From contig JAFDXY010000031.1 in assembly GCA_018267725.1 (NCBI GenBank), positions 23,778-87,777 on the forward strand: a DNA stretch of 64,000 nucleotides. Reading direction: 5' to 3'. The stretch is from Bacteroidota bacterium (GTDB lineage Bacteria; Bacteroidota; Bacteroidia; Chitinophagales; Chitinophagaceae). Each line of letters starts with the position of its first letter. Position 1 is the first letter of the stretch. A program made the position numbers and the translations under genes. The notes beneath the pieces were generated by a model, which was given only the letters and a program-made list of their open reading frames with translations, ran no database searches and was not told the DNA's origin. Positions 1-10,389 of the stretch are shown one piece after another.

Positions 1-101
1 TGATTGGCAATAAAATTGGATAAAATTTTTCCATCGGCACAAATAGATGCAGATGTTTCATCGCAAGAAGATTCTATGGCTAAAATAATTATCGGCTTCA
101 A
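1..101 (-). CDS. tsaD: tRNA N6-adenosine threonylcarbamoyltransferase TsaD, N-terminal fragment (gene runs off the left edge)
   Basis: Minus-strand translation from TTG at 101..99 gives (M)KPIIILAIESSCDETSASICADGKILSNFIAN. ILAIESSCDETS is the canonical TsaD/Kae1 N-terminal motif. The fragment is too short for the ORF track and the start codon is uncertain. Confidence 0.55.
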   Translation of the reverse strand, partial: MKPIIILAIESSCDETSASICADGKILSNFIAN

Positions 102-180
102 GTATTAATATTAAATTGCAAAATTAACTGCTAAGTTTTTAATGCTTTAGGCTTCTTTCTTAAATCGAAAACTATATTTA

Positions 181-1437
181 TTATTTACTTCTTATAGCAA
201 CAACAGGATCCATTCGGGCAGCTATAAACGCAGGAATTATTCCGGCTAAAACACCTAATACTACACAAACCGTCATGGCCATTATTATAATATTTCCTGC
301 AATAAAAATAGGGAAGGGCATAACAGAACTTAAGAATAATGTAAGCAACCAAACAAAGAACAAACCTAATATTCCGCCAATTACACATAAGAATGCACTT
401 TCTAATAAAAACTCGGTTAATATGGTTCTTCGTTTAGCACCAATAGCTTTTTTTAAGCCTATTTGGCTGGTTCTTTCTCTTACGGTTACAAACATTATAT
501 TGGCTACACCAAATGCACCAACCAATAAACTTAACCCTGCAATAAACCAACCGGCTAAATTTATAGAGCCTGCCATTTGATCTATTACTTGGCTGAATAA
601 TTGAATATCATTCAATGCAAAATTGTCTGCTTCTTGCGGGCTAAGTTTTCTTAACTGACGCATGTAACCTCTTATTTCATCTATTAAAGATTGTTTAGCA
701 GCATTATCTTTTCCTTCAACAATAATTAAATTTTGTCCTGCATGCAACACATCAAACATTGAAGCAAAATATTGATAGGAAATAAGTAAACAATTATCAA
801 ATTGAAACCCAATTCCTTCTGTTCCTCTTTTTTCAATTAAACCAACAATGGTAACTTTTCTTCCATTCATTGAAATTTGTTTACCAATGCACGATGCATC
901 TGCTACACCAAAAAGATTTTCTGCTTGCTTGGCTCCAACAATACAAACGGGGCTTCCTCTACTAAATTCAGCATCGCTAATAAATCTTCCTTCAGCAATT
1001 TTTAAATCTTGAATTTTATAAAAATCTTCTGTTACTCCGTATAATGGAACATTTTGTATAGAAGTGCTTTCATATTCTGCAGTAACACTGTTAGGAACAA
1101 AGTAAGCTACGTTTTTTGCCTGTGTTAAATTGGCTTTTAAAAACTGCATTTCATTATACTTGTTGGTAGGTCTTTTATAATATTTCCACCAAGGAAACCC
1201 ACCATCTCCACCATCGCTATAATCAAATTTATCAATCCATATAGAGTTAGTACCTAAGGCTTTTATTTGAGATTGAACATTATCTTTTAAACTATCTACC
1301 GTTGCTAAAACACCTATAATACAAAAAATACCAATGGTAATTCCGAACAGCGAAAGAAAGGTACGCAGTTTATTAACACGCAACTCTTGCAATGCCATAC
1401 GAAAGCTGTTCCATAAAATGTTTAGCAGTTTAAACAT
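181..1437 (-). CDS. ABC transporter permease, FtsX/MacB-like
   Basis: 418-aa ORF with an N-terminal TM helix (LRTFLSLFGITIGIFCIIGVL), a large extracytoplasmic domain and a C-terminal FtsX-type helix bundle (GLKKAIGAKRRTILTEFLLES). Confidence 0.8.
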   Translation of the reverse strand: MFKLLNILWNSFRMALQELRVNKLRTFLSLFGITIGIFCIIGVLATVDSLKDNVQSQIKALGTNSIWIDKFDYSDGGDGGFPWWKYYKRPTNKYNEMQFLKANLTQAKNVAYFVPNSVTAEYESTSIQNVPLYGVTEDFYKIQDLKIAEGRFISDAEFSRGSPVCIVGAKQAENLFGVADASCIGKQISMNGRKVTIVGLIEKRGTEGIGFQFDNCLLISYQYFASMFDVLHAGQNLIIVEGKDNAAKQSLIDEIRGYMRQLRKLSPQEADNFALNDIQLFSQVIDQMAGSINLAGWFIAGLSLLVGAFGVANIMFVTVRERTSQIGLKKAIGAKRRTILTEFLLESAFLCVIGGILGLFFVWLLTLFLSSVMPFPIFIAGNIIIMAMTVCVVLGVLAGIIPAFIAARMDPVVAIRSK

Positions 1438-1557
1438 GTTTCAAAAGTAAGTACTGCAAAACAAAAAAGAACGGTAAATATTATTTGTTTGATGAAAGGT
1501 TTTTTATAAATGCCGAAGGCAATATTTTAAATAATGCCGAAAAAATAAAAATCATAA

Positions 1558-1588
1558 TTGCATTACATTGATTTGATAATTACTTTTG
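1558..1588 (+). promoter_or_regulatory. Putative Bacteroidota-type promoter of the sdh operon
   Basis: TTG (1558-1560), then 20 nt, then TACTTTTG (1581-1588), an exact match to the TAnnTTTG -7 consensus. It lies 32 nt upstream of the sdhC ATG. Confidence 0.35.
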
Positions 1589-1619
1589 CCGAGAATTATC
1601 CAAACCTCAACTTCGCTAT

Positions 1620-2306
1620 ATGACCTGGAAACAGATGTTTACCTCTTCAATTGGAAGAAAATTAGTAATGAGCTTTACTGGAATTTTTTTAGTACTCTTT
1701 TTAATTGTACATGTTAGTATTAATGCGTGCATTTTTGCTAACGATGGTGGAGAAATGTTTAATAAAGCTGCCCACTTTATGGGAGCCAATATTGTTCCCC
1801 GTATTTTAGAAATTGGTTTATTCTTAGGTTTCATTCTTCATATTGTACAAGGCTATATGCTTGAAGCTAAAAACCGAAAAGCAAGATCAGCCAAGTATGC
1901 CGTATCTTATGGTAATAAAGGCAGTAAATGGTATAGCCGTAGTATGGCTTTATTAGGTACATTAATATTAATTTTTTTAATACTTCATTTATCTAATTTT
2001 TGGTTACCTAACAGAGCCAGCCAAGGTTTAAGTTTAAGTGGTGAAATTGATTTATATGCAAAAATGAAAGATACTTTTTCAGGTCATAACCCTGTAACTG
2101 CAATTACCATTTTAGTATATGTGTTAGGTTGTGCTGCATTAGGCTATCATTTGGCACATGGTTTTCAAAGTGCTTTTAGAACTATTGGCGTGCATAATAA
2201 ACGTTATAACAAAATGCTTACAAGTATTGGCTATGCTTTTGCAATTATAGTTCCATTAGCTTTTGTAATGATGCCTTTATGTTTTCACTTTGGTTGGATT
2301 AGTTAA
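1620..2306 (+). CDS. sdhC: Succinate dehydrogenase/fumarate reductase cytochrome b subunit (b558 family)
   Basis: 228-aa polytopic membrane protein with conserved His residues, immediately upstream of the flavoprotein subunit. This is the typical Bacteroidota sdhCAB order. Confidence 0.85.
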   Translation: MTWKQMFTSSIGRKLVMSFTGIFLVLFLIVHVSINACIFANDGGEMFNKAAHFMGANIVPRILEIGLFLGFILHIVQGYMLEAKNRKARSAKYAVSYGNKGSKWYSRSMALLGTLILIFLILHLSNFWLPNRASQGLSLSGEIDLYAKMKDTFSGHNPVTAITILVYVLGCAALGYHLAHGFQSAFRTIGVHNKRYNKMLTSIGYAFAIIVPLAFVMMPLCFHFGWIS

Positions 2307-2357
2307 GAAAAAACTTCGCTCAATTCATTTCATAATTAATAATTCATAATTATTAAA

Positions 2358-4331
2358 ATGCTAAACTCAAAAATACCCGCAGGAAAATTAGAAGAAAAAT
2401 GGATAGATTATAAAGGCCATTGTAAATTAGTAAACCCTGCCAACAAACGTAAATTAGAAGTTATAGTTATTGGCACAGGATTGGCAGGAGCCAGTGCTGC
2501 AGCCACTTTGGGAGAATTAGGGTATAAAGTAAAAGCATTTTGCTTTCAAGATTCTCCACGCCGTGCACACAGTATTGCTGCACAAGGTGGTATTAATGCA
2601 GCTAAAAATTATCAGAACGATGGTGATAGCACATTTCGTTTATTTTACGATACTGTAAAAGGCGGAGATTATCGCTCAAGAGAAGCTAACGTACATCGCC
2701 TTGCCGAAGTGAGTGCAAATATTATAGACCAATGTGTTGCACAAGGTGTACCATTTGCAAGAGAATATGGCGGTTTATTAAGTAACAGAAGCTTTGGTGG
2801 TGTGCAGGTACAACGTACATTTTATGCAGCCGGACAAACGGGTCAGCAATTATTAATAGGAGCTTACCAAGCATTAGAACGTCAAGTTGCTTTAGGAAAC
2901 GTAAAAATGTATAGCAGACATGAAATGCTTGATGTTGTTATAGTTGATGATAAAGCAAGAGGAATTATTGCCAGAGATTTAATTACAGGAAAATTAGAAC
3001 GCCATTTTGGTCATGCAGTTTTATTATGCAGTGGCGGTTACGGAAACGTATTTTATCTTTCAACAAACGCAATGGGCAGTAATGTAACTGCTGCATGGAA
3101 AGCACATAAAAAAGGAGCATTTTTCGGTAATCCTTGTTTCACACAAATTCATCCAACCTGTATTCCCGTTAGTGGAGACCATCAATCTAAATTAACCTTA
3201 ATGAGTGAATCGTTAAGAAATGATGGAAGAATTTGGGTTCCTAAAAAACAAAACGATAACAGAAAGCCAAACGAAATTTCTGCAGAAGAAAGAGATTATT
3301 ATTTAGAAAGAAGATATCCTGCATTTGGAAATTTAGTACCAAGGGATGTTGCAAGCCGTGCAGCTAAAGAAAGATGCGATGCAGGCTACGGCGTAGGTAC
3401 AAGTAAACAAGCAGTATATTTAGATTTTGCTTCTGCAATAGAACGTTACGGAAGAATTGAAGCCAATAAAGAAGGAAAAGAAGATGCATCAATAGAACAA
3501 ATTATTACATGGGGCAAAGAAGTTGTAAAAGAAAAATACGGCAACCTGTTTGATATGTACGAAAAAATAACAGGCGAAAATCCTTATGAAACTCCAATGA
3601 GAATTTATCCTGCCGTTCACTACACAATGGGTGGTTTGTGGGTAGATTATGAATTAATGACTACCGTAAAAGGTATGTATGCTTTGGGTGAAGCCAACTT
3701 TAGTGATCATGGTGCAAATCGTTTAGGTGCAAGTGCATTAATGCAAGGTTTGGCCGATGGTTATTTTGTAATTCCTTATACAATAGGAAATTATTTGGCC
3801 GATGAAATTTATAACAAACCTATTTCAACAGAGCATGAAGCATTTGCCGAAGCAGAAAAAAATGTGCGTGAAAGAATTGAAAAATTAATGAATATTAAAG
3901 GAAAAACTTCTGTTGAAAGTTTCCATAAAAAATTAGGAAAAATAATGTGGGATAAATGCGGAATGGCCCGCAATGAACAAGGTTTAAAAGAAGCCATTGT
4001 AGAAATTCAACAATTAAAAAAAGAATTTTGGAATGATGTAAGAGTGCCCGGAGAAATAAATGAATTTAATCCTGAATTAGATAAAGCAGGGCGTGTTGCC
4101 GATTTTATAGAATTAGGAGAACTAATGTGTAAAGATGCTTTAAACAGAAGCGAAAGTTGTGGTGGGCATTTTAGAGAAGAATCTCAAACAGCAGAAGGCG
4201 AAGCAATGCGTAATGATGATTTGTTTATGCATGTATCTGCATGGGAATATAAAGGAGAAAGCAATTGGGATATGCATAAAGAAAATTTAGAATACGAAGT
4301 AATTAAACCAACACAACGTAATTATAAATAA
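2358..4331 (+). CDS. sdhA: Succinate dehydrogenase/fumarate reductase flavoprotein subunit
   Basis: 657 aa with an FAD-binding [10 protein letters not shown] motif, [12 protein letters not shown] (covalent FAD His) and HYTMGG. Confidence 0.95.
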   Translation: MLNSKIPAGKLEEKWIDYKGHCKLVNPANKRKLEVIVIGTGLAGASAAATLGELGYKVKAFCFQDSPRRAHSIAAQGGINAAKNYQNDGDSTFRLFYDTVKGGDYRSREANVHRLAEVSANIIDQCVAQGVPFAREYGGLLSNRSFGGVQVQRTFYAAGQTGQQLLIGAYQALERQVALGNVKMYSRHEMLDVVIVDDKARGIIARDLITGKLERHFGHAVLLCSGGYGNVFYLSTNAMGSNVTAAWKAHKKGAFFGNPCFTQIHPTCIPVSGDHQSKLTLMSESLRNDGRIWVPKKQNDNRKPNEISAEERDYYLERRYPAFGNLVPRDVASRAAKERCDAGYGVGTSKQAVYLDFASAIERYGRIEANKEGKEDASIEQIITWGKEVVKEKYGNLFDMYEKITGENPYETPMRIYPAVHYTMGGLWVDYELMTTVKGMYALGEANFSDHGANRLGASALMQGLADGYFVIPYTIGNYLADEIYNKPISTEHEAFAEAEKNVRERIEKLMNIKGKTSVESFHKKLGKIMWDKCGMARNEQGLKEAIVEIQQLKKEFWNDVRVPGEINEFNPELDKAGRVADFIELGELMCKDALNRSESCGGHFREESQTAEGEAMRNDDLFMHVSAWEYKGESNWDMHKENLEYEVIKPTQRNYK

Positions 4332-4777
4332 TGGTAAAAATTGCAGTTATATTTTCAATAATTGTTTTTGTTTCATGCAACAATAATCATTCAACAATAA
4401 AAGAAAATACGGCAGCAAAACAACCATCTTTATTAGGTCTTTGGAAAATAAAATATATAACTGAAACAGATTTTGCTATTGAAGGAAACGATACATTAGT
4501 TGGCCCGTTTACCGATACGGCAAAAAATGAAACCTTAACATTTAAGCAAGACAGTATTATATATTTTAATGGAAGTGATGAATCACCTAAAACAACTAAC
4601 TATGTTTATCATAAAATAAACGATTCTGTTTTGTATGTTTTAAATGTAGCAAGTAAAGATTCTATGAAATTTCATATTCACCAATTAGATTCATCTAAAT
4701 TAAAATTTACGAATATTAGAATAGATAATAGGAGAGAAGAACGATACGAAGTAACAATTGAGTGTAGCAAAAATTAA
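4331..4777 (+). CDS. Small lipoprotein of unknown function embedded in the sdh operon
   Basis: 148 aa with a signal peptide and lipobox (IVFVSC). The ATG overlaps the sdhA stop codon (TAATG at 4329-4333). There is a lipocalin-like LLGLWKI motif. Confidence 0.6.
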   Translation: MVKIAVIFSIIVFVSCNNNHSTIKENTAAKQPSLLGLWKIKYITETDFAIEGNDTLVGPFTDTAKNETLTFKQDSIIYFNGSDESPKTTNYVYHKINDSVLYVLNVASKDSMKFHIHQLDSSKLKFTNIRIDNRREERYEVTIECSKN

Positions 4778-4803
4778 AAATTAAAATCAAAAGCATTCGG
4801 GTT

Positions 4804-5568
4804 ATGGAACACTACAACATGAATTTGAATTTAAAAGTTTGGCGTCAAAAAAACTCAAACACAAAGGGCGAGTTTAAAATGTATAGAGTAGAAAACATTT
4901 CTTCTGAAATGAGTTTTTTAGAAATGTTTGATGTATTGAATGAAAAATTAATTGCAGATGGTGAAGAACCTATTGCCTTTGACCATGATTGTCGTGAAGG
5001 TATTTGTGGTGCCTGCTCTATGTATATTGACGGTAAACCACATGGCCCTTGGCATGCAAACACTACTTGCCAATTACACATGCGTGCTTTTAAAGATGGA
5101 GATACAGTTGTGGTAGAACCTTGGCGTGCCAATACTTTTCCGGTAATAAAAGATTTAGTGGTTGATAGAACAGCTTTTGATAGAATTATTCAGGCAGGCG
5201 GTTATATTTCTGTAAACACAGGTAATGCGGTAGATGGAAATGCTTTACCAATTAATAAAGATAAAGCCGATGCATCTTTTGCTGCAGCAATGTGTATTGG
5301 TTGTGGTGCATGTGTAGCTGCTTGTAAAAATAGTAGTGCTATGTTATTTTTATCTGCAAAAGTTTCTCATTTAGCATTATTACCACAAGGTGAGCCTGAA
5401 CGCCATAGCCGTGTGTTAAACATGATTGACCAAATGGATAAAGAAGGTTTTGGCTCATGCACTAATACCGGAGCATGCGAAGCAACTTGCCCTAAAGAAA
5501 TTTCAATAAGTAATATTGCTAAATTAAATCAAGAATATTTGTGTGCAAGCTTAACAAGTGAGAAATAA
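4804..5568 (+). CDS. sdhB: Succinate dehydrogenase/fumarate reductase iron-sulfur subunit
   Basis: Cys clusters [20 protein letters not shown] and [12 protein letters not shown] are present. The real start may be the internal ATG at 4819 ([10 protein letters not shown]). Confidence 0.95.
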   Translation: MEHYNMNLNLKVWRQKNSNTKGEFKMYRVENISSEMSFLEMFDVLNEKLIADGEEPIAFDHDCREGICGACSMYIDGKPHGPWHANTTCQLHMRAFKDGDTVVVEPWRANTFPVIKDLVVDRTAFDRIIQAGGYISVNTGNAVDGNALPINKDKADASFAAAMCIGCGACVAACKNSSAMLFLSAKVSHLALLPQGEPERHSRVLNMIDQMDKEGFGSCTNTGACEATCPKEISISNIAKLNQEYLCASLTSEK

Positions 5569-5619
5569 ATAGGTATAATGCAGCGTTTGCATAATTTATT
5601 CTTTCTTGTAATAAAAGCA

Positions 5620-6051
5620 ATGAATATGAATTTTTCAAAAATAGTATTTGGGTTATTTATTTGCATTTCTACTTTGCTATTTGCGTGCAATAAACAATCT
5701 ACAGAAACAAATAATTTGCCAGCTAATTCTTTAGCAATAAATGTTAGTAACAGTTCATCTATTACAATTAATAATCAAAACATTACGGTTTATTTGGATT
5801 CTATTGTGCAAGATAGCAGATGCCCCAAAGATGTTGTATGTGTTTGGGCTGGCATTGCTGAGTGCAAACTAAAACTGTTATTCAATAACCAATTTTACAC
5901 TTTTAAATTAGGGACTTTAATTAATAGTATATATAAAAGAGATACAACTATAAATGGTTATAAATTTACGCTTGATAGTTTAACGCCATACCCATCTACT
6001 TTTTCACCTCATCTTTATTCAGAATATAAAGCGTATATAAAGATTAATTAA
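5620..6051 (+). CDS. Lipoprotein of unknown function (DSRCPxDVVCVWAG motif)
   Basis: The ORF-track ORF is 5578..6051. I prefer the start at M15 (MNMNFSKIVFGLFICISTLLFAC, lipobox). It lies directly downstream of sdhB. Confidence 0.55.
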   Translation: MNMNFSKIVFGLFICISTLLFACNKQSTETNNLPANSLAINVSNSSSITINNQNITVYLDSIVQDSRCPKDVVCVWAGIAECKLKLLFNNQFYTFKLGTLINSIYKRDTTINGYKFTLDSLTPYPSTFSPHLYSEYKAYIKIN

Positions 6052-6054
6052 TTT

Positions 6055-8271
6055 TTATATGTAAAACTGCTTTTTAAAACTTGCTATTTCTTTAGTGTAT
6101 TTTTTTAATACTTCTTTTTGTTGTTGAATAAAATTATTTTCTTGTAAAGAGCCTAATACTGTATTCATTTCTTCTTCAGAGCTATACATCATTTTTCTAA
6201 AAGCATTAGTATAATCTTTTTTGCGTGAGTTGAAAATATTTGTTGTAATTAATTGTTGTGTATCTAATGCTGCATCTAACAAATTGTTTAAAGCAGATTT
6301 ATCTATTTTCTTTAAATTAATTTTACTTATTTCAATTAAACTTGCCAATGCATGTTTTGTTTTTTGTTCTGCGTAATTTTTACCTTCTTTTAAATAATAT
6401 TCATGCACCGCATCCCAAGTATTTATTTTGCCCAATTTTATTTGCTGATTTAGTTTATTAACTGATTGTGTTGTAATTAATTGTCCGCCAACATTTAACC
6501 ATTCTTCTCTTAAAAGCTTTGCAGGAACAGCTTTTTGAAGTTGTTGAATAGATTTTATACTTTTTACTTTAATAAATTCTGTTAATTGCTGAATGCCATA
6601 AAATTGAATCATTCTAATAAAAAAATTATACGACTCTCTTACTTTTAATAACTGAACTTTTCTTTTACTGTTTTCAATTCCTTCTATAAAAATTTCTATT
6701 TCATCAATAGCTTTATCATTTTGTTGTAATAAATTTTTTCCTTTTTTTATTGCTAACTCTTTGCTTATGTTGGTTTGATTTTGTAATTGTAAAAATGCTT
6801 TACCAACTGCTTCTTCCATTAATGGTAACGATGCAAACATTTCATTAACCGTATCGGGTGCTAAATAGTTGTATTCAATTAATTGCGTTTTATTAGTTCT
6901 TTTATCTCTATCAATATATTTCCAACTGTTTCTTACCAATGCATACATATTATACATAAACCAATAGGCAGGCATAAGGGTTAAGTTATTATTAATTTCA
7001 TTAATACTAACTAATGAAAATGGAATAGTAATATTTAATTCATTTTGATAATCGCCTTTGGCTAAAATAGTAAAGCTTGCAAACTTTGAATTGTGTTTAA
7101 TGCTAACACATAAACCCGGCCAAAAGCCACGCCCCATAACGGCTTCTCCATCTGCACTGCGTGAATTATGGTTAGAACCTAATGTTGCACCAGCTGCTAC
7201 ATTGCTTTGCCCCATTAATAATGCTGCACATAAAAATGAGTTGTTGTGATGTTGCTCGTGTGCAGGAAATATTAATGAATTTAAAACTTCGCAACATGAA
7301 ATGGTTGCATTGTTGCCGAGGTATGAATTAATTAATCTTGCACCATATTTTAATTGCGAGTGCGATGCCATAATAAAACGAACAGCTTTTACACCATAAA
7401 ATATTTTGCAACCAAAATCTATAATACCATTTACTAATTCGCAACCTTCGCCAATTTGTGTTTTACCTTCTTCACCAGAGTTGATGGTAAGATTTTTCAT
7501 TTTGCTTGCACCTTTTATGTAAGCATCTTTTCCTACCCAAACATCTTTTATAATTGAACAATTTTTTATAACTGTTCTATCTCCAACTTTTCCGTAATAA
7601 CCTCTGTTATGATTAAATTTTTTTTCGGTTAGTTGTTTAAATTTTTCAAGTAGTGCATCATCATCTCTAAACTTGCTCCATAAAAAAGCATCGCCGGGTA
7701 ACATGCCATTAAAAGGAATTACTTTCCTCCCTGCATTTTCATTACATATTTCTAACCAAATTCTTACTTCTTCATCTTCACCTTCTTTCACAATACCGTT
7801 ACCAAATTTTGCATGGTTGGTAGTAACTAATTCATTTATATTAATTAAAATAACTTCATTGCCAACTATGTAATGACTCATATAGTTTACATTATCTACT
7901 ACAACATTATCGCCAAAATCGCAACTAATAATGGTTGAATTGTATAAACCAACCGGAACTTTTAAATCGCTAAACATTAAACAATACGGCTCTAATTTCC
8001 CTATACGAACCAATCCGTAAAACTTACAATTTTTTACTAATTCAGGATTGAATGCATTGCTTACTAAAATTTTATTCCAATCGCCACAAGTATTTCTGTT
8101 TCTTACCAATGCTTCAATTTCATAAGCCGTTAAATTTCTATATTCAATGCCACTGCGGTTTTGAAGGTTTCGTAAATAATATTCATTTTTTCCTTTAGGA
8201 ATATATTCTTCTTTTATAAAGCCATAACCTAAAGATGTAATGGTTGATTTGGTGATATTATTTTGCTGCAT
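6055..8271 (-). CDS. Large left-handed beta-helix (hexapeptide-like) protein, resembles the DUF4954 family
   Basis: 738 aa with a repetitive beta-helix-like central region (GDNVVVDNV, GKDAYIKG, IGEGCELVNGII) and a helical C-terminal third. The family assignment is from memory. Confidence 0.5.
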   Translation of the reverse strand: MQQNNITKSTITSLGYGFIKEEYIPKGKNEYYLRNLQNRSGIEYRNLTAYEIEALVRNRNTCGDWNKILVSNAFNPELVKNCKFYGLVRIGKLEPYCLMFSDLKVPVGLYNSTIISCDFGDNVVVDNVNYMSHYIVGNEVILININELVTTNHAKFGNGIVKEGEDEEVRIWLEICNENAGRKVIPFNGMLPGDAFLWSKFRDDDALLEKFKQLTEKKFNHNRGYYGKVGDRTVIKNCSIIKDVWVGKDAYIKGASKMKNLTINSGEEGKTQIGEGCELVNGIIDFGCKIFYGVKAVRFIMASHSQLKYGARLINSYLGNNATISCCEVLNSLIFPAHEQHHNNSFLCAALLMGQSNVAAGATLGSNHNSRSADGEAVMGRGFWPGLCVSIKHNSKFASFTILAKGDYQNELNITIPFSLVSINEINNNLTLMPAYWFMYNMYALVRNSWKYIDRDKRTNKTQLIEYNYLAPDTVNEMFASLPLMEEAVGKAFLQLQNQTNISKELAIKKGKNLLQQNDKAIDEIEIFIEGIENSKRKVQLLKVRESYNFFIRMIQFYGIQQLTEFIKVKSIKSIQQLQKAVPAKLLREEWLNVGGQLITTQSVNKLNQQIKLGKINTWDAVHEYYLKEGKNYAEQKTKHALASLIEISKINLKKIDKSALNNLLDAALDTQQLITTNIFNSRKKDYTNAFRKMMYSSEEEMNTVLGSLQENNFIQQQKEVLKKYTKEIASFKKQFYI

Positions 8272-8285
8272 GTTTTTTTATATTG

Positions 8286-8328
8286 AATTTTGAATATTGT
8301 ATTATAAATTAATTGAACATTCAAAATT
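8286..8328 (-). terminator. AT-rich hairpin between glmS and the downstream gene (possible terminator)
   Basis: AATTTTGAATATT (8286-8298) pairs with AACATTCAAAATT (8316-8328), 12 of 13 complementary with a 17-nt loop. Confidence 0.3.
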
Positions 8329-8344
8329 TATCATTTAAAATAAA

Positions 8345-10183
8345 CTATTCTACCGTAACACTTTTGGCTAAATTTCTGGGTTTATCTACATCATAACCTT
8401 TTGCAATACCTACATAATAGCTTAATAATTGTAATGGTATAACGCTTAACAATGGAGCAATAATTTCATCGGCATCGGGTACAAACATTACATCGTTTGC
8501 CATGTTGGGAATTACATTATCATCTGCTGTTGCTACTGCAATTACTTTTCCTTTCCTGGCTTTTATTTCTTGTACATTACTTACTATTTTTTGGTAATAC
8601 GAATCTTTAGTGGCAACAAACAATACAGGTAATTTTTCTTCAACCAAAGCAATGGGACCGTGTTTCATTTCGGCGGCAGGATAACCTTCGGCATGTATGT
8701 AAGAAATTTCTTTTAGTTTTAATGCACCTTCTAATGCAATAGGAAAATTATATCCTCTTCCTAAAAATAAAAAATCACTTGCATCTTTATACTTATTGGC
8801 AATGTGCTGAATGTTGGTTGTATCTTTTAAAATTTCTTTTACTTTTTCGGGAACACTTTCTAAATCTTTCATTAACTGTATATAACGCTCATGAGTAATG
8901 GTTGCTTTAGCATAACCAATTTTTAAAGCCATCATTATTAAAACGGTTAATTGCCCTGTAAATGCTTTGGTACTTGCAACGCCAATTTCGGGGCCTGCAT
9001 GTGTGTATGCACCGGCATGGCTTAACCTTGCAATGCTGCTGCCTACTGCATTTACCACACCAAAAATAAATGCACCTTTTTCTTTAGCACTTTCTAACGC
9101 AACTAAAGTATCGGCAGTTTCTCCGCTTTGCGATATGGCAATAATTACATCGCCTTTATGTATTACAGGATTTCTATATCTAAATTCACTTGCATATTCT
9201 ACTTCAACCGGAGTACGGCATAATTCTTCAAACACATATTCGGCAATTAAACCTGCGTGCCAACTTGTACCGCAAGCAACAATAATTATACGCGGTGCAT
9301 TTTTTAGTATTTCTATATTTTGTTCAATGCCACTCATTACAATTTTTCCATCGTGCAGTAATAATCTTCCTCTTAAACAATCGTAAATGCTATCGGGTTG
9401 TTCATTAATTTCTTTTAGCATGAAATGTTCATAACCACCTTTTTCAATTTCAGCCAAATCCATATCCAGCTTGGTTATATAAGGCGTTTGTTTTTCATTA
9501 CCCAAATTTTTTAATATTAATTCATCGCTTTTTACAATAGCAATTTCATAATCGTTTACATAAACTACTTCTTTGGTATATTCAATAATTGGGCTGGCAT
9601 CGCTTGCTAAAAAATGTTCATTCTTTCCAATACCAATTACTAAGGGGCTGCCTTTGCGTGCTGCAATAATAGTTGTAGGATCGTTTACATCAATCAATAA
9701 AATACAGTATGCACCTACCACACGTTTTAATGCTATGCGTAATGCTTCTTCTAATGTGCAATTATTATTTTTTTTAATATCTTCAATAAAATTCAGTAAT
9801 ACTTCTGAGTCGGTATCGCTTTTAAATGTGTAACCTTTTTTTACAAGTTCTTGTTTTATTAAAACATAGTTTTCAATAATACCATTGTGTATTAAAGCAA
9901 ACGCTCCATTGTTTGAAATGTGTGGGTGTGCATTTCTATCACTTGGTTCTCCATGGGTTGCCCAACGTGTGTGGCCAATACCAATATTGGCGTGTACATC
10001 TTTTCCTACGGCATATTCTTCTAACTCTGCTACTTTGCCTTTTTTCTTGTAAACATTTAATTTATTGTTTCCAATTAATGCAACGCCTGCACTATCGTAC
10101 CCACGATATTCTAAACGTTTTAAACCTTTTAAAATAATGGGGTAAGCTTCTCTTTGGCCAATGTATCCAACAATTCCGCACAT
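8345..10183 (-). CDS. glmS: Glutamine--fructose-6-phosphate aminotransferase (isomerizing)
   Basis: 612 aa with the MCGIVGYIG Ntn-amidotransferase N-terminus, two SIS domains and the C-terminal KSVTVE. Confidence 0.97.
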   Translation of the reverse strand: MCGIVGYIGQREAYPIILKGLKRLEYRGYDSAGVALIGNNKLNVYKKKGKVAELEEYAVGKDVHANIGIGHTRWATHGEPSDRNAHPHISNNGAFALIHNGIIENYVLIKQELVKKGYTFKSDTDSEVLLNFIEDIKKNNNCTLEEALRIALKRVVGAYCILLIDVNDPTTIIAARKGSPLVIGIGKNEHFLASDASPIIEYTKEVVYVNDYEIAIVKSDELILKNLGNEKQTPYITKLDMDLAEIEKGGYEHFMLKEINEQPDSIYDCLRGRLLLHDGKIVMSGIEQNIEILKNAPRIIIVACGTSWHAGLIAEYVFEELCRTPVEVEYASEFRYRNPVIHKGDVIIAISQSGETADTLVALESAKEKGAFIFGVVNAVGSSIARLSHAGAYTHAGPEIGVASTKAFTGQLTVLIMMALKIGYAKATITHERYIQLMKDLESVPEKVKEILKDTTNIQHIANKYKDASDFLFLGRGYNFPIALEGALKLKEISYIHAEGYPAAEMKHGPIALVEEKLPVLFVATKDSYYQKIVSNVQEIKARKGKVIAVATADDNVIPNMANDVMFVPDADEIIAPLLSVIPLQLLSYYVGIAKGYDVDKPRNLAKSVTVE

Positions 10184-10389
10184 ATAAATTTGTTTAATTT
10201 AAAATGCAATATCAAATTTTTTAATCAATTATTATTGCTATTGTTTAATGAATTTGAAGAATGTAATTTGGTTGATGTTTATATGAATTATGTATTACAA
10301 ATTAATTGCGTTTTGTTGCAATATTTTACTTTAAATGCTTGCAATAATTTGCTTGAGTTTAATTTGAGTGAAGTAAATAATGAGAAAAT

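Noticed and set aside
275-580. Antisense or shadow ORFs in the ORF track (for example 275-580, 8967-9386, 20482-20769, 36733-37011, 46435-46833, 49895-50419, 51172-51660)
   Set aside because: Each lies entirely within a longer ORF on the opposite strand that has clear family motifs. Their translations are low-complexity and S/L/I/F-rich.
10184-10389. Possible glmS ribozyme or other leader element upstream of glmS
   Set aside because: The 206-nt region is extremely AT-rich, with none of the conserved glmS ribozyme core that I can recall. The ribozyme is also characteristic of Firmicutes-type genomes.
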